Below are positions 12,520-27,504 of a stretch of DNA of 64,000 nt, in pieces (position 1 is the stretch's first letter; the number at the start of each line of letters is the position of its first letter). The notes under the pieces were generated by a model. The model searched no databases and was not told the origin of the DNA. It saw only the letters and a list, made by a program, of their open reading frames with translations. This stretch comes from Chrysomallon squamiferum (Eukaryota > Animalia > Mollusca): the NCBI GenBank assembly GCA_012295275.1, contig CM022677.1, forward strand, positions 16,244,001 through 16,308,000, written 5' to 3'. The position numbers and the translations under genes are program-made.

Positions 12520-13030
12520 GTTTGTTAGTGGCAGTCATCCGAGACGAACTGCATAATAACGAGTGGCAAACCTCCTTTCTCTTTCGAGGACGGGTTATTA
12601 ATAAATGGAAGTCCTTGTATAAAAATAGCTAGTGTTAAACAGTGGCACGTTTTTGTTCAACTTGACGTTCACAGTTGCAGTCCTCTTCGGAGAACATGAT
12701 GTTAATAAACTTCAATTCACCCGATAAAATGGACATTGATAACTTATGTTTGTTAAATCTCGTATAAACGTGATGTCACCAGATGCCACACCTCCAAATA
12801 TTTGATGTAATAAGGGGCAGTCCCCTTGTACAAATTAGACGTTATCAAGTGGTCTTGCATAAACTTCATGTTAATAAGTGGCGGTCCTCTTGGACGAATT
12901 TGTTGAGTGGCAGTACTCTTGGAAAAGTTGGATCTTAATAGCTCTTCTGTTGGACGAACGAAATGTTAATGTGGCAGTCCTCTTGGTGAGCGTTGATATA
13001 ACAGCAGTCCTATTGGATATTAATTAATGG
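12520..13030. repeat. Degenerate tandem array of ~30-42 bp units (approximate consensus GTTAATAAGTGGCAGTCCTCTTGGACGAACTTGAT) just upstream of the FUT start codon
   Basis: AGTGGCAGTC-like cores at ~12527, 12562, 12604, 12641, 12673, 12813, 12848, 12877, 12906, 12970 and 13001. Confidence 0.75.
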
Positions 13031-13266
13031 ACATGAAATCAATTCAATTTAATAATTAAATTAAATATCGCCCTCTTGACAGTTACTCTTTCTCTCACGC
13101 CCTGCTTTGTTTAAGAACTAAATAACTGCATAATAATAATAACAACAATAATAATAATAATAATAATAATAATTATTATTATTATTATTATTTTAATTCA
13201 AAAGCGGTTTTCACTGTTAAATTACAATAGGTTTCATTGTTAATTTTGACACAACGCTAAGGTGCG

Positions 13267-13751
13267 CTGAAGGAAAGAAAACATGAAGTAAAATGATATT
13301 TAGAACAGTTAACTAATTTAAGTATTAAAGTGAAGGTTTAGATTTACTTTTATTTATGTAGTTGTAACTATCTGTTTATACGTATATAATATTACATAGA
13401 TACATAACTGCATCCAGCATCCAGCCCCCCACCTAACACCACACAAACATAGACACAGACATATACACGTACATACATACATACATACATACATACATAC
13501 ATTTGAAACACTTCAAGCTAAATATTATTTCTATGGAGAATACCTTAAACAAATACGTGATTTTCATATTAATTGTAGGCGAAACCCTAATTTAAAGAAG
13601 TCACGTTGCAAATTACGAATTCAAAAAGAGTACGAATTTTGAAAATAAATTATTCAGTATGCAGGTAGTATAAATGTACTCAAGAGAAAAAGTGAAAAAC
13701 GGAAAAATCAATAAATCAATAAATCAATAAATAAATATATAAATAACTTAC
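13267..13751 (-). other. Predicted 5' UTR intron of the fucosyltransferase gene
   Basis: Minus-strand donor GAAG|GTAAGT at 13751 and acceptor gttttctttccttcag|CGCACC at 13267. This layout of non-coding first exon plus single coding exon is known for vertebrate FUT1/FUT2. Confidence 0.55.
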
Positions 13752-13900
13752 CTTCGCGCAATGTACGTGCCCTTTCTCATTATTATTTAAAAGTTTCTTT
13801 CTCGGTGAGTGGAAGAGGCGTGGTTTAATCGATACAGTATTATTGACAGACACACTGTCCGATAAGATCAGATCAAACAGTGTGCAGTTCTCATGATACC
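13752..13900 (-). promoter_or_regulatory. Putative non-coding first exon and promoter of the fucosyltransferase
   Basis: Locally CpG-containing segment next to a consensus donor, with a TTTAAATA box and a GC-box-like GAGGCGTGG at ~13815. Confidence 0.4.
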
Positions 13901-14026
13901 AGGTAAATAAAGCTTTCTTTTATTTTTTTTTTATTTTTTTTTTTTTTAACATGTAAAAAATTCATTGCACTGTAACTGAATAAGGGCAGCATTGAATAGA
14001 GGATGTCCTGGGTTTTTCGTATTTCA

Positions 14027-14190
14027 TAATAATCATGTCAGTTTTGTCAAGTTTCAAGATCGTCCAAGTAATTTTATCTTCTCGATTTGAACTCGTTTTA
14101 AATACACTTAGTATTATTATTGTTGTTGTTTTGTTGTTATTGTTGTTACTGTTGTCTTTGTCACTGTTGTTGAAGTTGTCGTCATTGTTA
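14027..14190 (+). repeat. Short dispersed repeat, second copy at ~29865-29987
   Basis: aataatcat.tcagttttgtcaa.tttcaagatcgtc.aagtaattttat.ttctcgatt...atacactta...gaagttgtcgtcattgtta in both places. Confidence 0.85.
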
Positions 14191-14537
14191 TTACGGAGTC
14201 TAACAAATAAATAAATAAGCAAACAAACGAATAAATATTTAAATAATAGATAGAGAAACGAATAAGTAAAGTATACATGAAATATAAAATAAAGGAAACA
14301 TGACAAAACAGCAAAGGAACAAAACAACGAACAAAAATGCTGCATCGTATCAAGTACTCATCTATATGGCACAATGCTTGATACTATCTATTTGAACTGT
14401 ATAATGAGTTATTATAAAAAAAAATTGTATATATAATAACATTTTCATCAATGTAGTACAAACTCTGCATATCATCCACTTCCAGTGTGTATTTAGTTAA
14501 ACCTATTTCCATGAAGAATTCACTAATAAAATACATA

Positions 14538-14880
14538 TTTTTCATATTAATTTAAACAAGTGATGTTGAAAACAAAACATTTAAAAACGGGAGGAATTTG
14601 GAAAATAAATTAATTAGAATATATAGGTACAATAAATGTATTCAGGAGAAGAACTGTAAAACTGAAAAATCAATAAATCAATAAATCAATCAATAAATAA
14701 ATAAATAACTTAACGTCGTGCAATGTCCGTGCCTTTTTCTCATCATTATTTAAAGGTTTCTTCCTAGGTCAATGGAAGGGGCGTGGTTTAGTCAGTACGG
14801 TATGATTGACAGACACACTATCCAATAAGATCAGATGACACTATGCAATTCTCATCATACCGGTCAACTGAACCTTTTCA
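14538..14880. repeat. Diverged direct duplicate of ~13560-13910 (putative FUT first exon/promoter)
   Basis: Shared aaaaatcaataaatcaataaatc, gcaatgt.cgtgcc, ggcgtggttta, ttgacagacacact, ataagatcagat. Confidence 0.88.
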
Positions 14881-14939
14881 AAAGCATTTTCTGAATTTAA
14901 TTTATTTTTTTTTTAATTATTTTTTTTTATTTATTTATT

Positions 14940-15003
<64 letters not shown>

Positions 15004-15022
15004 TTTTTTTTTTTTTTAATTT

Positions 15023-15055
<33 letters not shown>

Positions 15056-15727
15056 AATTCTAAGAGGTATAATGTGATTGTTAATTTAGTTAGTGTTATT
15101 TCCGTGCATAAAGTATTCACTGCATCTTAACTGAGTACGGGTGGGCCTGAATTATGGATATGCTTCGTTATAAATAAAGAAAGTAAGAAATAAATAAAGA
15201 AAGAAACCAAAGAAAAACACAAACACACAGAAACACACAAACAAAAAAAAAAAAAAAAAAAAAATAAAAAAATAAAAAACCTATAATAAACAATGAACAA
15301 GTAAATAAATAAATAAATAAATTAATTAAGCAAAACATCTATCTATCTATCTATCTATCTATCTATATAAATTCAAACTGTGAGAATTACATTATAATGC
15401 TTGACCTGTCGTGTTTTTGTTTTGTGTTTTTTTTATTAGGTTTGAATCTCTAAAGACTGTTACATCGGTCCCAGTCTAGTTTTACGGCTGTAACCATGGC
15501 GACCGCTTTATTGCTCAGAATTACTTGTGACGTTCTCTGTGGCGTATCCCGTGAAGTATTCATCAATCCGGTGGAATGCTTCTATAGTATCAGTTTCAGT
15601 TCTATATTGAGTTATAATAAATTCTATATAAAAATTGGTCGTAAATTTTGGTTTGACACTGGGTGTGGTGCTAAATTGTTATCCTGTTTTGAAATGGATT
15701 AAATTAAATGATTTTAAGAAAATAATG

Positions 15728-15771
<44 letters not shown>

Positions 15772-15932
15772 GAAAGTAGTGTTTCGCTTTTCTTTTGTTT
15801 CTAATCAAACGATGTATTGCTAATTTCAGATCGGTATTTTTAATTTGCCTTATCATCAAAACCTCGACAACTCTAATGCATGTAGATAGATATAGACAGA
15901 TAGGTAGAGAGTTTTTATATATACATATACAC

Positions 15933-16015
<83 letters not shown>

Positions 16016-16089
16016 GATTGAGACAGATAGATAGGAGATAGATGGATAGGTTGAGACAGACTCAGGTAAAGAGATAGATGGATAGGTGT

Positions 16090-16152
<63 letters not shown>

Positions 16153-16808
16153 GTGTGTGTGTGTGTGTGTGTGTCTGATCAAGTTCAGAAACAGTAACGC
16201 CAGTATCATTTGAGTATCGACGTTATAAAGAGGTTAGACTATACAAGATATCAACTGTCTGTCATTCTATCAAACACAGGCAAACAAGTATTGTTTAAAA
16301 TCTTTTTGCAGTTCGTTGCAAACAGTTTTAAATTTCATTAACTAATTTGACAGCCATTTTGTGTTGCCATGTATGTATGTATGAATGAATGTATGTATTG
16401 TTGTAGTACTAGTTGTAGTACTATTTGTAGTACCAGCAGTAACAATAATTGTAGTACTGGTACTAATACTATAGTAGTAGTAATATTAATGGTAGTAGCA
16501 GTAATAGTTGTAGTAGTAGTTACAGTGGTGGTGATAAAGGCACTACTAGTAGTAGTAGTAGTAGTAGTAATAGAAGTAGAATCAGTAGTAGCAGTTGTGA
16601 AGTATCATATGAATATTCATATAATACTGTCTGTCTGTCTGTCTGTCTGTCTGTATCTCTGTATGTCTATCTGATTCTATGTCTCACTATTTGTCTCTCT
16701 CCCTGTCTATGTACCTATGTATAGCTATCTATCTACCTATCCATATCTATCGTTTATTTATCCATACAAATATTCATTTTTAATCCCTTTTCTTTTTTCT
16801 TTTCTTTA

Positions 16809-16839
<31 letters not shown>

Positions 16840-17251
16840 TAGATGTATTATTTATATCTTTATTTACTATTATCATTATTAACTTTAATATTTTCTGTTT
16901 CTAAATTCGGTCTAGTAAAAAAACATGGGTGGTAATGAAACATACAAATGACAACACGATATAAGTGCGACGTGACAAAAGGGTCACGCGATCATATGAC
17001 GTCATCGGATGTAAAATGAGAAATAGCGTCGAATTTCAGTTGAAATTTACAGAACGAGAACAAAATACGCCGAGAGCATGAATCATACTTGTAACGAAGA
17101 TACCGAACACCGTGTTTTAGATATTTCGTTTTTCCAATAACAGTACATTTATTTTTAAATCTGTGTGTATGTGTATCTGTATCTGCCTATATGTCTATGT
17201 ACTTTCATATGTACGTATATTTATTCTCTTGCGTGTACATGACTGTGTGTG

Positions 17252-17434
<183 letters not shown>

Positions 17435-17952
17435 AAATTAAACCCAGTTTGAGACAAAAAAACTCACGCATTAGTGCTGTTTTCTTTCTTGGTTTTTAAT
17501 AAAGGAAATAAATTATTGATCTGAAACAGAGGATCATTTTTCCATAGTTCTCATTTTTTATTAATTATTTTTTCATCTTGTTTTTTTTTATTCTGCTTGA
17601 AATTTTTTTTATAAAATTTCAGACATGAAGTTAATTTATAAGCCTTTAAACGAAAACAAACAACAAATAAACGTAATGAAAAAAAAAAATGATAAGCTAA
17701 CAAAAAAAACAAAACAAACAAAAAACCAAAAAAAAACCACTATGGTGTTTTAAAAACTTCATACATCACTGGAGATCTATAAACCCGTGTTTTAAATGCA
17801 GTGCATGTGTTACAGATCGTGTTTCTTCTTTTCTTTATTGTGCACGTTCGAGTTTGTTTGAGAACGGGACCAGTTCACAACAATCACAGAGGAGGGTTAC
17901 TTGGGTTGCAGTTTGAAAGATTAGAAAGAAAAATACATTATTTATCTATTTA

Positions 17953-18014
<62 letters not shown>

Positions 18015-18519
18015 GATCAAATTTATTTACTTTACAATAACACACCAATAATAGCAAGAATATAACATTAACAGTAGTAATTTTATCTACAAATCCATAC
18101 ATGCATTCCGATTATTACCATTATGCCAGTATATACACAAGAAAACAGAACATTGATTACTACATACATATACAGAAATATGTACACAGAGAGGAATGCA
18201 AGCGTGCGTGTGTACAGACACACACACGCACATACGTACGTTGTCTTGATGGCCAAGTGTACAGATAAAATATTTCTTAAAATAAATCCTGTTTATTCAT
18301 TGTTGACATAGAGGAGGAACTTGGTTTAATCGCTTAACAAAATTTAAAATAACAACAACAAAAACAACAATAAATAGTAATAATGATGATGATAATAATA
18401 ATAATAATAAGTAGAAAAAAAACTTGTCTTCTAAATTCTACTTTCATTGTGATAAAATGTTTCATTGTTTCACATTGCAAATGTGAGTCGTTTTAACCTA
18501 TTTAAATTTAGTTTCGTTC

Positions 18520-19610
<1,091 letters not shown>

Positions 19611-19760
19611 TGATGGTCAATATGTGTGTCTCTCTACACCTATCGATTTATCTCTTTGTCTGTCTATCTCAATCTGTTTGTTTGTCTGCCTATCTTTCTA
19701 TCTCAGTATATTTGTTTGTTTCCCTATCCTTCTATCAGTATTCCTTACATCTCTCTCTCT

Positions 19761-19803
<43 letters not shown>

Positions 19804-20049
19804 CTCTACCTCTCTATCTTTATCTATCTTTATGCATTTGAGTTATGGTGGTCTTTCGTGATAAGGTAAATTAAAAATATCGAATTGGCATTAGCAGTAT
19901 TATTTTTTCATTAGAAAAAAAAGAAAGGAGAAATATTTTCTCACTTATTTTTTTACTCATTTTTTTATCATTTAATTTAATCTACTTCAAAACAGCAAAA
20001 CAATTTATCAACACACCACGTGTTCAAACCAAAATTTACGATTATGATG

Positions 20050-20123
20050 ATTATGACATGCTTGGTTAATTATAAATAAATATTATAAATAAATAAACCC
20101 AATCACACACGCACACACATACG

Positions 20124-20213
<90 letters not shown>

Positions 20214-20750
20214 GACACATAAACACACACACATACTGATTCAGTTTCTGATGTGAGTATAGTATTGTTCTGTGTGGGTGTGTATGAAAGACACAGAGAA
20301 AGATATGGAGACAGAAGACTGAAAGAAAAAAGTGACATTAAAGAACAGAGAATAATAAAGATTAAAAAGTAATAAATTAAAAAAAAAATGAAGTGAAAGA
20401 AGGATGATGAAGGTGAGAAGAATGAACAAATGATGTCAAAGTGAAAATGAAGTGTATTAAAAAAAAATTAAAAAAAATAAAGTGAGATCTGTTTCAAGAA
20501 ATAAACCAGGAAGCAGGTATTAAATCTGTATTAAAATCAAAACATCTAAAAAAAGCACCATTAGTTTCATAAAGCAGCATGCAAACAGAAACCAAAGCTC
20601 CCAGTACAGCGAAAGCAAGATTAATTTGCCCTACAAGATTTCCAAGTCAGTAACATGCATTTTTAATACACATAACTTTAATGTCAAATGCATTAATTAT
20701 GTACCATTTATGAAACTGAAACTTTTGGCCATATATATTCTATTTCGATA
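20050..20750 (-). repeat. Inverted diverged duplicate of ~1875-2445
   Basis: Reverse complement gives ggccaaaagtttcagtttca...ttaatcttgctttc...taatggtgctttttttagatgttttg...cacagaacaatactata, all present on + at 1890-2350. Confidence 0.88.
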
Positions 20751-21163
20751 TTTTTTTTTAAATAGTTATTATTATCTGTTTGTTTTTCATATAAATATTA
20801 TTTAATTGAGTTGTCATATTTTGTTTTGCATTAATGTGAAATTTTGACTGTTATTGGTACAATAACTATTTTATGACTATCAGTCTTCTAATAACTGTTT
20901 TATAGCAATCAACTTGTAATAACTGATATATAACTATCAGTCTTGTAATAACAGTATATAATCATCAATATTAAGTCTTCTATAAACCACCATTATAAAA
21001 ATAACATTTTGCCCGTCCCCTCTAACAGTAATCTAAACCTGCCCCTGGTTTACGACACCACGCCCAGTATTAACTTGACAAACATACATTCACTCCCCGG
21101 GCTATCATCTTGTCCTTTCCTGTTGAAGTCCATGCTCTCATATCGTGGAGGGTCACAGCTCAT

Positions 21164-21195
<32 letters not shown>

Positions 21196-21249
21196 TTAGT
21201 TTATTTATTTATTAGTTTATTTATTGATTTATTTATTTATTTATTTATT

Positions 21250-23189
21250 TTTCCCTCTGTATTTAGTGACTAAACTAGAAAGACATTTCTTAATGGGATG
21301 CTGTAAGTAAAGGCACAGAATCATGGGTGTGATAACTAAAAGAAATGTGGGAACTTTTATATTTGATAAAATTCACTTTCTAATGTTTGCAAATGATTTA
21401 CTGTTATTAATAATATTTGTAGAAGTATTTATTTATTTTTTTTTTTTTTTTTTTTTTTTGTTCATGTTGTTACTATGTGTCTAATTGTGTAAAACAAATT
21501 ATTTTTAATTTCCAATATATAAATTTATTGATATTATTTGGGGTTTTTATTTTATTATTATTATTTTTTTTTTTTTATATCAGGCTTGGAATATTTTGAT
21601 ATCTCTAATTATGTAAAAAAAAAAATAAATAAATAATAATAAAAAATATAATAATTTCCGGTATAAAAAATATATATATATATATTTTTTTAACAATATG
21701 TGATCACTAATTATTTACTTTTTCATTTAAAAATTTGTTATTATTGTGTTTTTATTTTTGTTTGAAAATATTAATAAAACAATGAAATAAATAAACTGAG
21801 TATATTAAAATATTAGTAACGGTTGCTGTATATTCAGTCTGTGGTGGCTTTTCGCACCAGCTTAATGTTTGTATCTAACTACCTGGTATTGTATATATGT
21901 TTTATACACTATAATACGTTAACATTTTATTTCATTTTATTTTAAACAGATATATTCCAAAACATCTTCACATTTTAATCTTACCTTTGTGATGAAGTGA
22001 TATATTTCAGTTAAAGCAAACAGCATAATAACAGTTTTATGGTGAATATATACTTCAGTTTCTGTAGTTAGCATTAAACATTACAAATAAATAGATACAA
22101 GAAAAATAATAGATACAAGTATAATATATCAGGTCTGGAATATATGAACTTGTAGTCTTTTTGTTTACCTTTCTTTTGTAATCTTAATATAAGTGTATAT
22201 TTCAGCAATAAACAAACAAACAAAATAAAAATAAATAGCTAAATAAACCAATATAAAATAATATATATATATATATATGTTGGTTTATTTAGTTATTTAT
22301 TTTTATTTTGTTTTATATATATCTATATTTATATATATAACATTCATTATCCTTTTTTTAAGTGTGTTCGTATTTTTGGGTTTATTCATATGAGAAATGG
22401 ATAACTATGTTTTAATGAAACTTTTTTGTATATATATATATATATATATATAATTATATAATTATGTATGTAGGGAACTATCAGGTAAATATTGTACATT
22501 AAAATGTTTTGTGTTTGTAAGTTGAATATCTTACTTTAAACCAGTGAGTATTAAAAGATGTTGAATCATTTTAAATAGTTTTTATTTTTATAATGAATTT
22601 TTAAAAATTGTCGTGAACTGTTTTATGCAATATTTATTCAGGATTTGTTCTCTTGTAACATTAAATCGATGCTAATTTTATTATTATTATTATTATTATT
22701 ACATTATTTTGAATTACTAATATTATTATCATTTATTAATTAATTTGTTTATTTACAGATTTATTTGTAACAAACACTACAGCAAGACAGATCTAGATAA
22801 TTCTTTTTTATCGTTATTATTTGTTTTATTTTCCTGGTGTATGTGTATTTTGATAAAATGCACATTGTTTGCAAATAAACTAAAATTATCATGATCCAGG
22901 GAGAAAAATATTTATACCTTTTTTTGTTGTTTTTTTACTTGAGAAGTGGTCATTATAATGATTATTATCTTGACGGGAAACCATGAATGTTAAAAACAAA
23001 CAAACTAAACCAAACGTAGAACTACTAATACTGCTGTCAGTGACAATAAATGTAAGTGAATATATCTGCATAACTGAAATTAAATTTATAACATTTTTTT
23101 CTTGTTTGTAACTATGTAGTAAATAAATGTAGTGCCAGACTTTTTTCTCTTTTCTTATTGTGTACAAGTCTTTAATACATGCAAATAGC

Positions 23190-23237
<48 letters not shown>

Positions 23238-23500
23238 TTGTGCGATACATATTTTAATTTAGTATGTTTTCAAATATAATTTACAAATACAGAGTAGATA
23301 CAGAGACAAATAAATGATAATGAATGAATGAATGAATAAATAAATAAAATAAATAAATAAATAAACACTATTAAATAATAATAATGGTGACGATTATGAT
23401 GATAATATAATTAAATAACATTAAATAAACGACACTTTTGTGTTGTTGATAAACGTCTTTATTTTGACTTTTCCCATTTTCATCCTGTAATGAAAAAAAA
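21250..23500 (+). repeat. Old segmental duplicate, copy 2 (direct match to 4220-6535)
   Basis: Same anchors in the same order. Confidence 0.9.
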
Positions 23501-23628
23501 AAAAAAAAGAAAAAAGAAAAAAATAAAGAAAAAGCAAAGTAAGATTAAAATAAATTGGAAAAGTTAAATAACATAATAAAAATTTGAACAATGCAAAATA
23601 GATTTAGATAGTATGGTAAATGATGATG

Positions 23629-23687
<59 letters not shown>

Positions 23688-25285
23688 AAGAAGAAGAAGA
23701 AGAAGAAGAAGATGATGATGATTGATGAAGAAGAAATATTTCAATAAATAACTAAATAACAACTATAAATTTCAATAGACAAACAGATAAACAAGAATTT
23801 GAAAGAAAATACGAAAACAATTTTAACTTGCCAACCAATGGCTGTGTGGATGATCTTAGACAATTGCTTTGACATCTGAAGAACTCGTTAGCTTCTTGGC
23901 GAATAATGTTGATGAAGAAAAACTGCATTCCCATGCATTTCTTCATACAGTTCACAAACGACGAAAACGAGCCAATGTCAACGTTAAAAATTCCCGCTGC
24001 AGAAAATGTCAGAAGATGAATCGGCAGCCATATTGAAAAGTAAAATGTTTTGATCACGTGACATTAATGTTATTGTATGTACAAAAAATAATTAATATTA
24101 TATTTTAAGTATTTATATAACAGAATCCTTTTTTTTCTAAAAGTTAAATACATGCATAATATAATAACACTGGAAAAAATTCGTAAACATTTCATAAAAA
24201 ATAATAAACTGAAAAAGTACTCGTATTTTTAATACTCGGATCATTTCGGATTGACGCTAATCTTCCGAACAATGTCGAAACCAAGCGAAATCTTACGAAC
24301 GTGTAATTAATGATGACGTCAACAATTCTTTGATGTAACTTAGATTCTTTCTTCATCTCACATTTAACTTAGTTTGAAAGGGGATAGTTGGGCTACCGCT
24401 TTCTTATATTTGAACGTTATTTATTGATTTATATAACTATATATTATTTTCAATTTTACCATTGTGGAGAGCATGCGCAGTCTGGTTTAAGAAGTCGGCA
24501 GCGTGTGAATCTGTAAAAAATTAAATATTCAACATAATTTAATATTTAAATATTAAATACAGTCACGTGAACTTTACTGTCAACACGCACAAACGTGGGC
24601 ACGTCCGCACGCATACACACATACACACATACAGACATACAGCCATACAGACATACACTATTAATAATAATGCAGACAGACAGTAATAAACAATAGAATA
24701 ATGAAACCAACAGACAGGTAAATGGATAAGTAAATCAATAAACAATACCACCGCCACCATTACCACCGCCACCATCAACAACAACAACAACAACAATACT
24801 ACCACCACCACCACTATTACCACCACCCCAACAACAACACCACGACCACAACAACAACAATACTACCACGGCCACAACAACAACAACAACACTAGCACGA
24901 CGACGACCACCACCAACAACAACAGCATGTCACCACCACCACTACCACCACCACAACAACAACAACACCAACAACAACAACAACAACACTGCCATCACCA
25001 CAACAACAACACCGCCACCAGCACCAGAACAACAACAACAACAACAATAATAATAACTATAATGAAGTAAGAAATTATGAAACAGACACAGAGACAGATT
25101 GAGAGAAAAAAGTAAGCAAACAAGTAAGTAAATAGATTAACAAACAAACAAACAAACAAACAAACAAACAAAACATAAACAAACAGCACAGTGATTAACA
25201 CAACTGAGAGAAACCAACGGTGGAGCGATTCAAACTTTCACAGGTGCTGATTACAAAAAATATAAAAAATATAGATTTTTCTTTT

Positions 25286-25320
25286 ACTTACCTGATTCGC
25301 CATTTGGCGCATGCGTACGA
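25286..25320 (-). promoter_or_regulatory. NRF1-like and YY1-like motifs followed by a consensus splice donor (candidate first exon)
   Basis: Minus strand reads TACGCATGCGC-CAAATGGCG-AATCAG|GTAAGT. Confidence 0.45.
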
Positions 25321-25364
25321 AACAAATGTTCCAGAGAAATAGGATACATCCTGTCTACTATAAC

Positions 25365-25395
<31 letters not shown>

Positions 25396-25433
25396 TACAA
25401 CAACAACAATGACAATAATAAAGTAACAATAAC

Positions 25434-25465
<32 letters not shown>

Positions 25466-25869
25466 TAATAATAATAATAATAGTAATAACAATCATAATC
25501 GTAATCATATCAAGAATAATCAAAATTTTAATGATGATCATGATGTAAACGATTATAGCATTAGTGAATCTAAAATCGTCTTGAAAATTATTCTTTTTTT
25601 TCTCATTTTTACTAATACTATTTAAATTTTCAATTTCTTTCATTATGATAAACCATCAAACAACGATGAATTTATCTTACTTTTCTTTTCTTGAAAATTA
25701 TTAATTTTTCTCATTTTCACTAACATATTAACATTAATCTCCATTTCTTTTTTTTTTTTTCTTCTTTTTAATCATATTCTAAACAACTTCATTTTTTCTC
25801 TGTTTTTCTTTTCTTTCCCTCCCTCCCTTTTTATTTGTTTCTCTCTGATGTCCCTTTTCTCTCTCTCTG

Positions 25870-25954
<85 letters not shown>

Positions 25955-26043
25955 ATTCTATCTTCCTCTTACAAGTAAGGAGTTATTTCAGTTCAGTTCG
26001 TGTATAATAAAATGTACGTATCTATTCAGTGAGATACTCCTTT

Positions 26044-26082
<39 letters not shown>

Positions 26083-26639
26083 TTATTTCTTACTTTATTT
26101 GTTTGTTTTTTTTCTCTGTTTTGGTGCCAGACATTCTAAACCTGTGAGCAGGTGTTCTTTCTTGTTTTCTAATCTTAAAATTAAACCGCAGACATTCTGT
26201 AATGTGCAGATTAGCGTTTTATATCACACGTATCCTTTATTATTATGAAAGGTTAGACTGGAGAATAAAATAAACGGCTTTATTTTTTCAACGTCTGTAA
26301 AGGATCTTACTGTCTTCTTCTATAATTAAAAAAAAATGTTGTCTGGTGTGGCAAATAATTAAAAAAAGAAAATTAAATAAAAAAGAGAACTTTTTATCAA
26401 TAGGGGCTGTATCATTACCATCCTTTGTTGTTATGAAAGGTTAGGTGTAGGTCTTTATTGTCAGTAAAGTCTGTCTCCTACATAAATTAATAAAATCACC
26501 CAATAAATTTATTTATTTTATTTTATTTTATTTTATTTTATTTAATTTTATTTTATTTTACTTTTTAAAACAAACTTCTCACTAACTGAATAAGTGTTTT
26601 AAAGCTGGCAAAACTTTACATTTCCCACTTCAAACAGAT

Positions 26640-26890
26640 TGTATTTAGCCCAGTGGTTAGAACGTAGGTTATTCCCACTGGAACAATGTTCTTCCCCTCT
26701 TAGTCAATGTTCCACCTGTTCTTTGCAAAAGCTATGCAATCTATTTTCCTGTTCATGACTGGGTTTGTTTATATAATATCCTTTGCTGATCAGTAAGATT
26801 AGTGGATGGAATGGATGTAGGTTGTATTTTTTTTTTGTTCTTATGTTATCCTAAATATAAAACTGTTAACAATATCAGTTCACTCATTTC
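26640..26890 (+). mobile_element. Degenerate tRNA-derived SINE relic
   Basis: Pol III A-box-like TAGCCCAGTGGTTAGAACG head. The body (caaaagctatg..tcctgt..atataatatcctttgctg) resembles, from memory, the conserved core of molluscan SINEs. B box missing. Confidence 0.45.
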
Positions 26891-27087
26891 TGCTTGTTAT
26901 TAGTGCAGTTTATGGTTATACGTGTGTATGTGTGTGTGTATGTGCGTACACTCACATATAATATCAGTGCATACATACACACGTATACATAGACATATAG
27001 ACACATGCACGCACATGTTTTCGAAACAAAGAATACAAATATAATACATACACATAATAATAGCTGTTTTCGAAACAAAGAATAAAA

Positions 27088-27125
<38 letters not shown>

Positions 27126-27353
27126 GAAATAACACTGATGATCATAATGATAACAATAATAACTGTAGTAGTAACAATAGTAGTCATTGTAATATAGAAC
27201 TGTTAGTAAAAATAATGAAATATTTGTTTAAGCTTTTTTTTTGTTACTTTTTTTTTCAAAGTTACGGCGTTAGAAAGTATTATAGTGTTAATGGATTGGA
27301 GAAAAAACAACATTTATTTTAGTTTTGAGTCAAAGAAAATTAGGAAGAAACAA

Positions 27354-27504
<151 letters not shown>

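Noticed and set aside
23752-24330. 101-aa ORF and CpG-rich patch (similar patch at 16940-17150)
   Set aside because: No recognisable domain. Likely a non-autonomous TE remnant, but I cannot define termini or family.
26640-26720. tRNA gene
   Set aside because: Only an A-box-like D-arm is present. No B box or cloverleaf, so a SINE relic is more likely.
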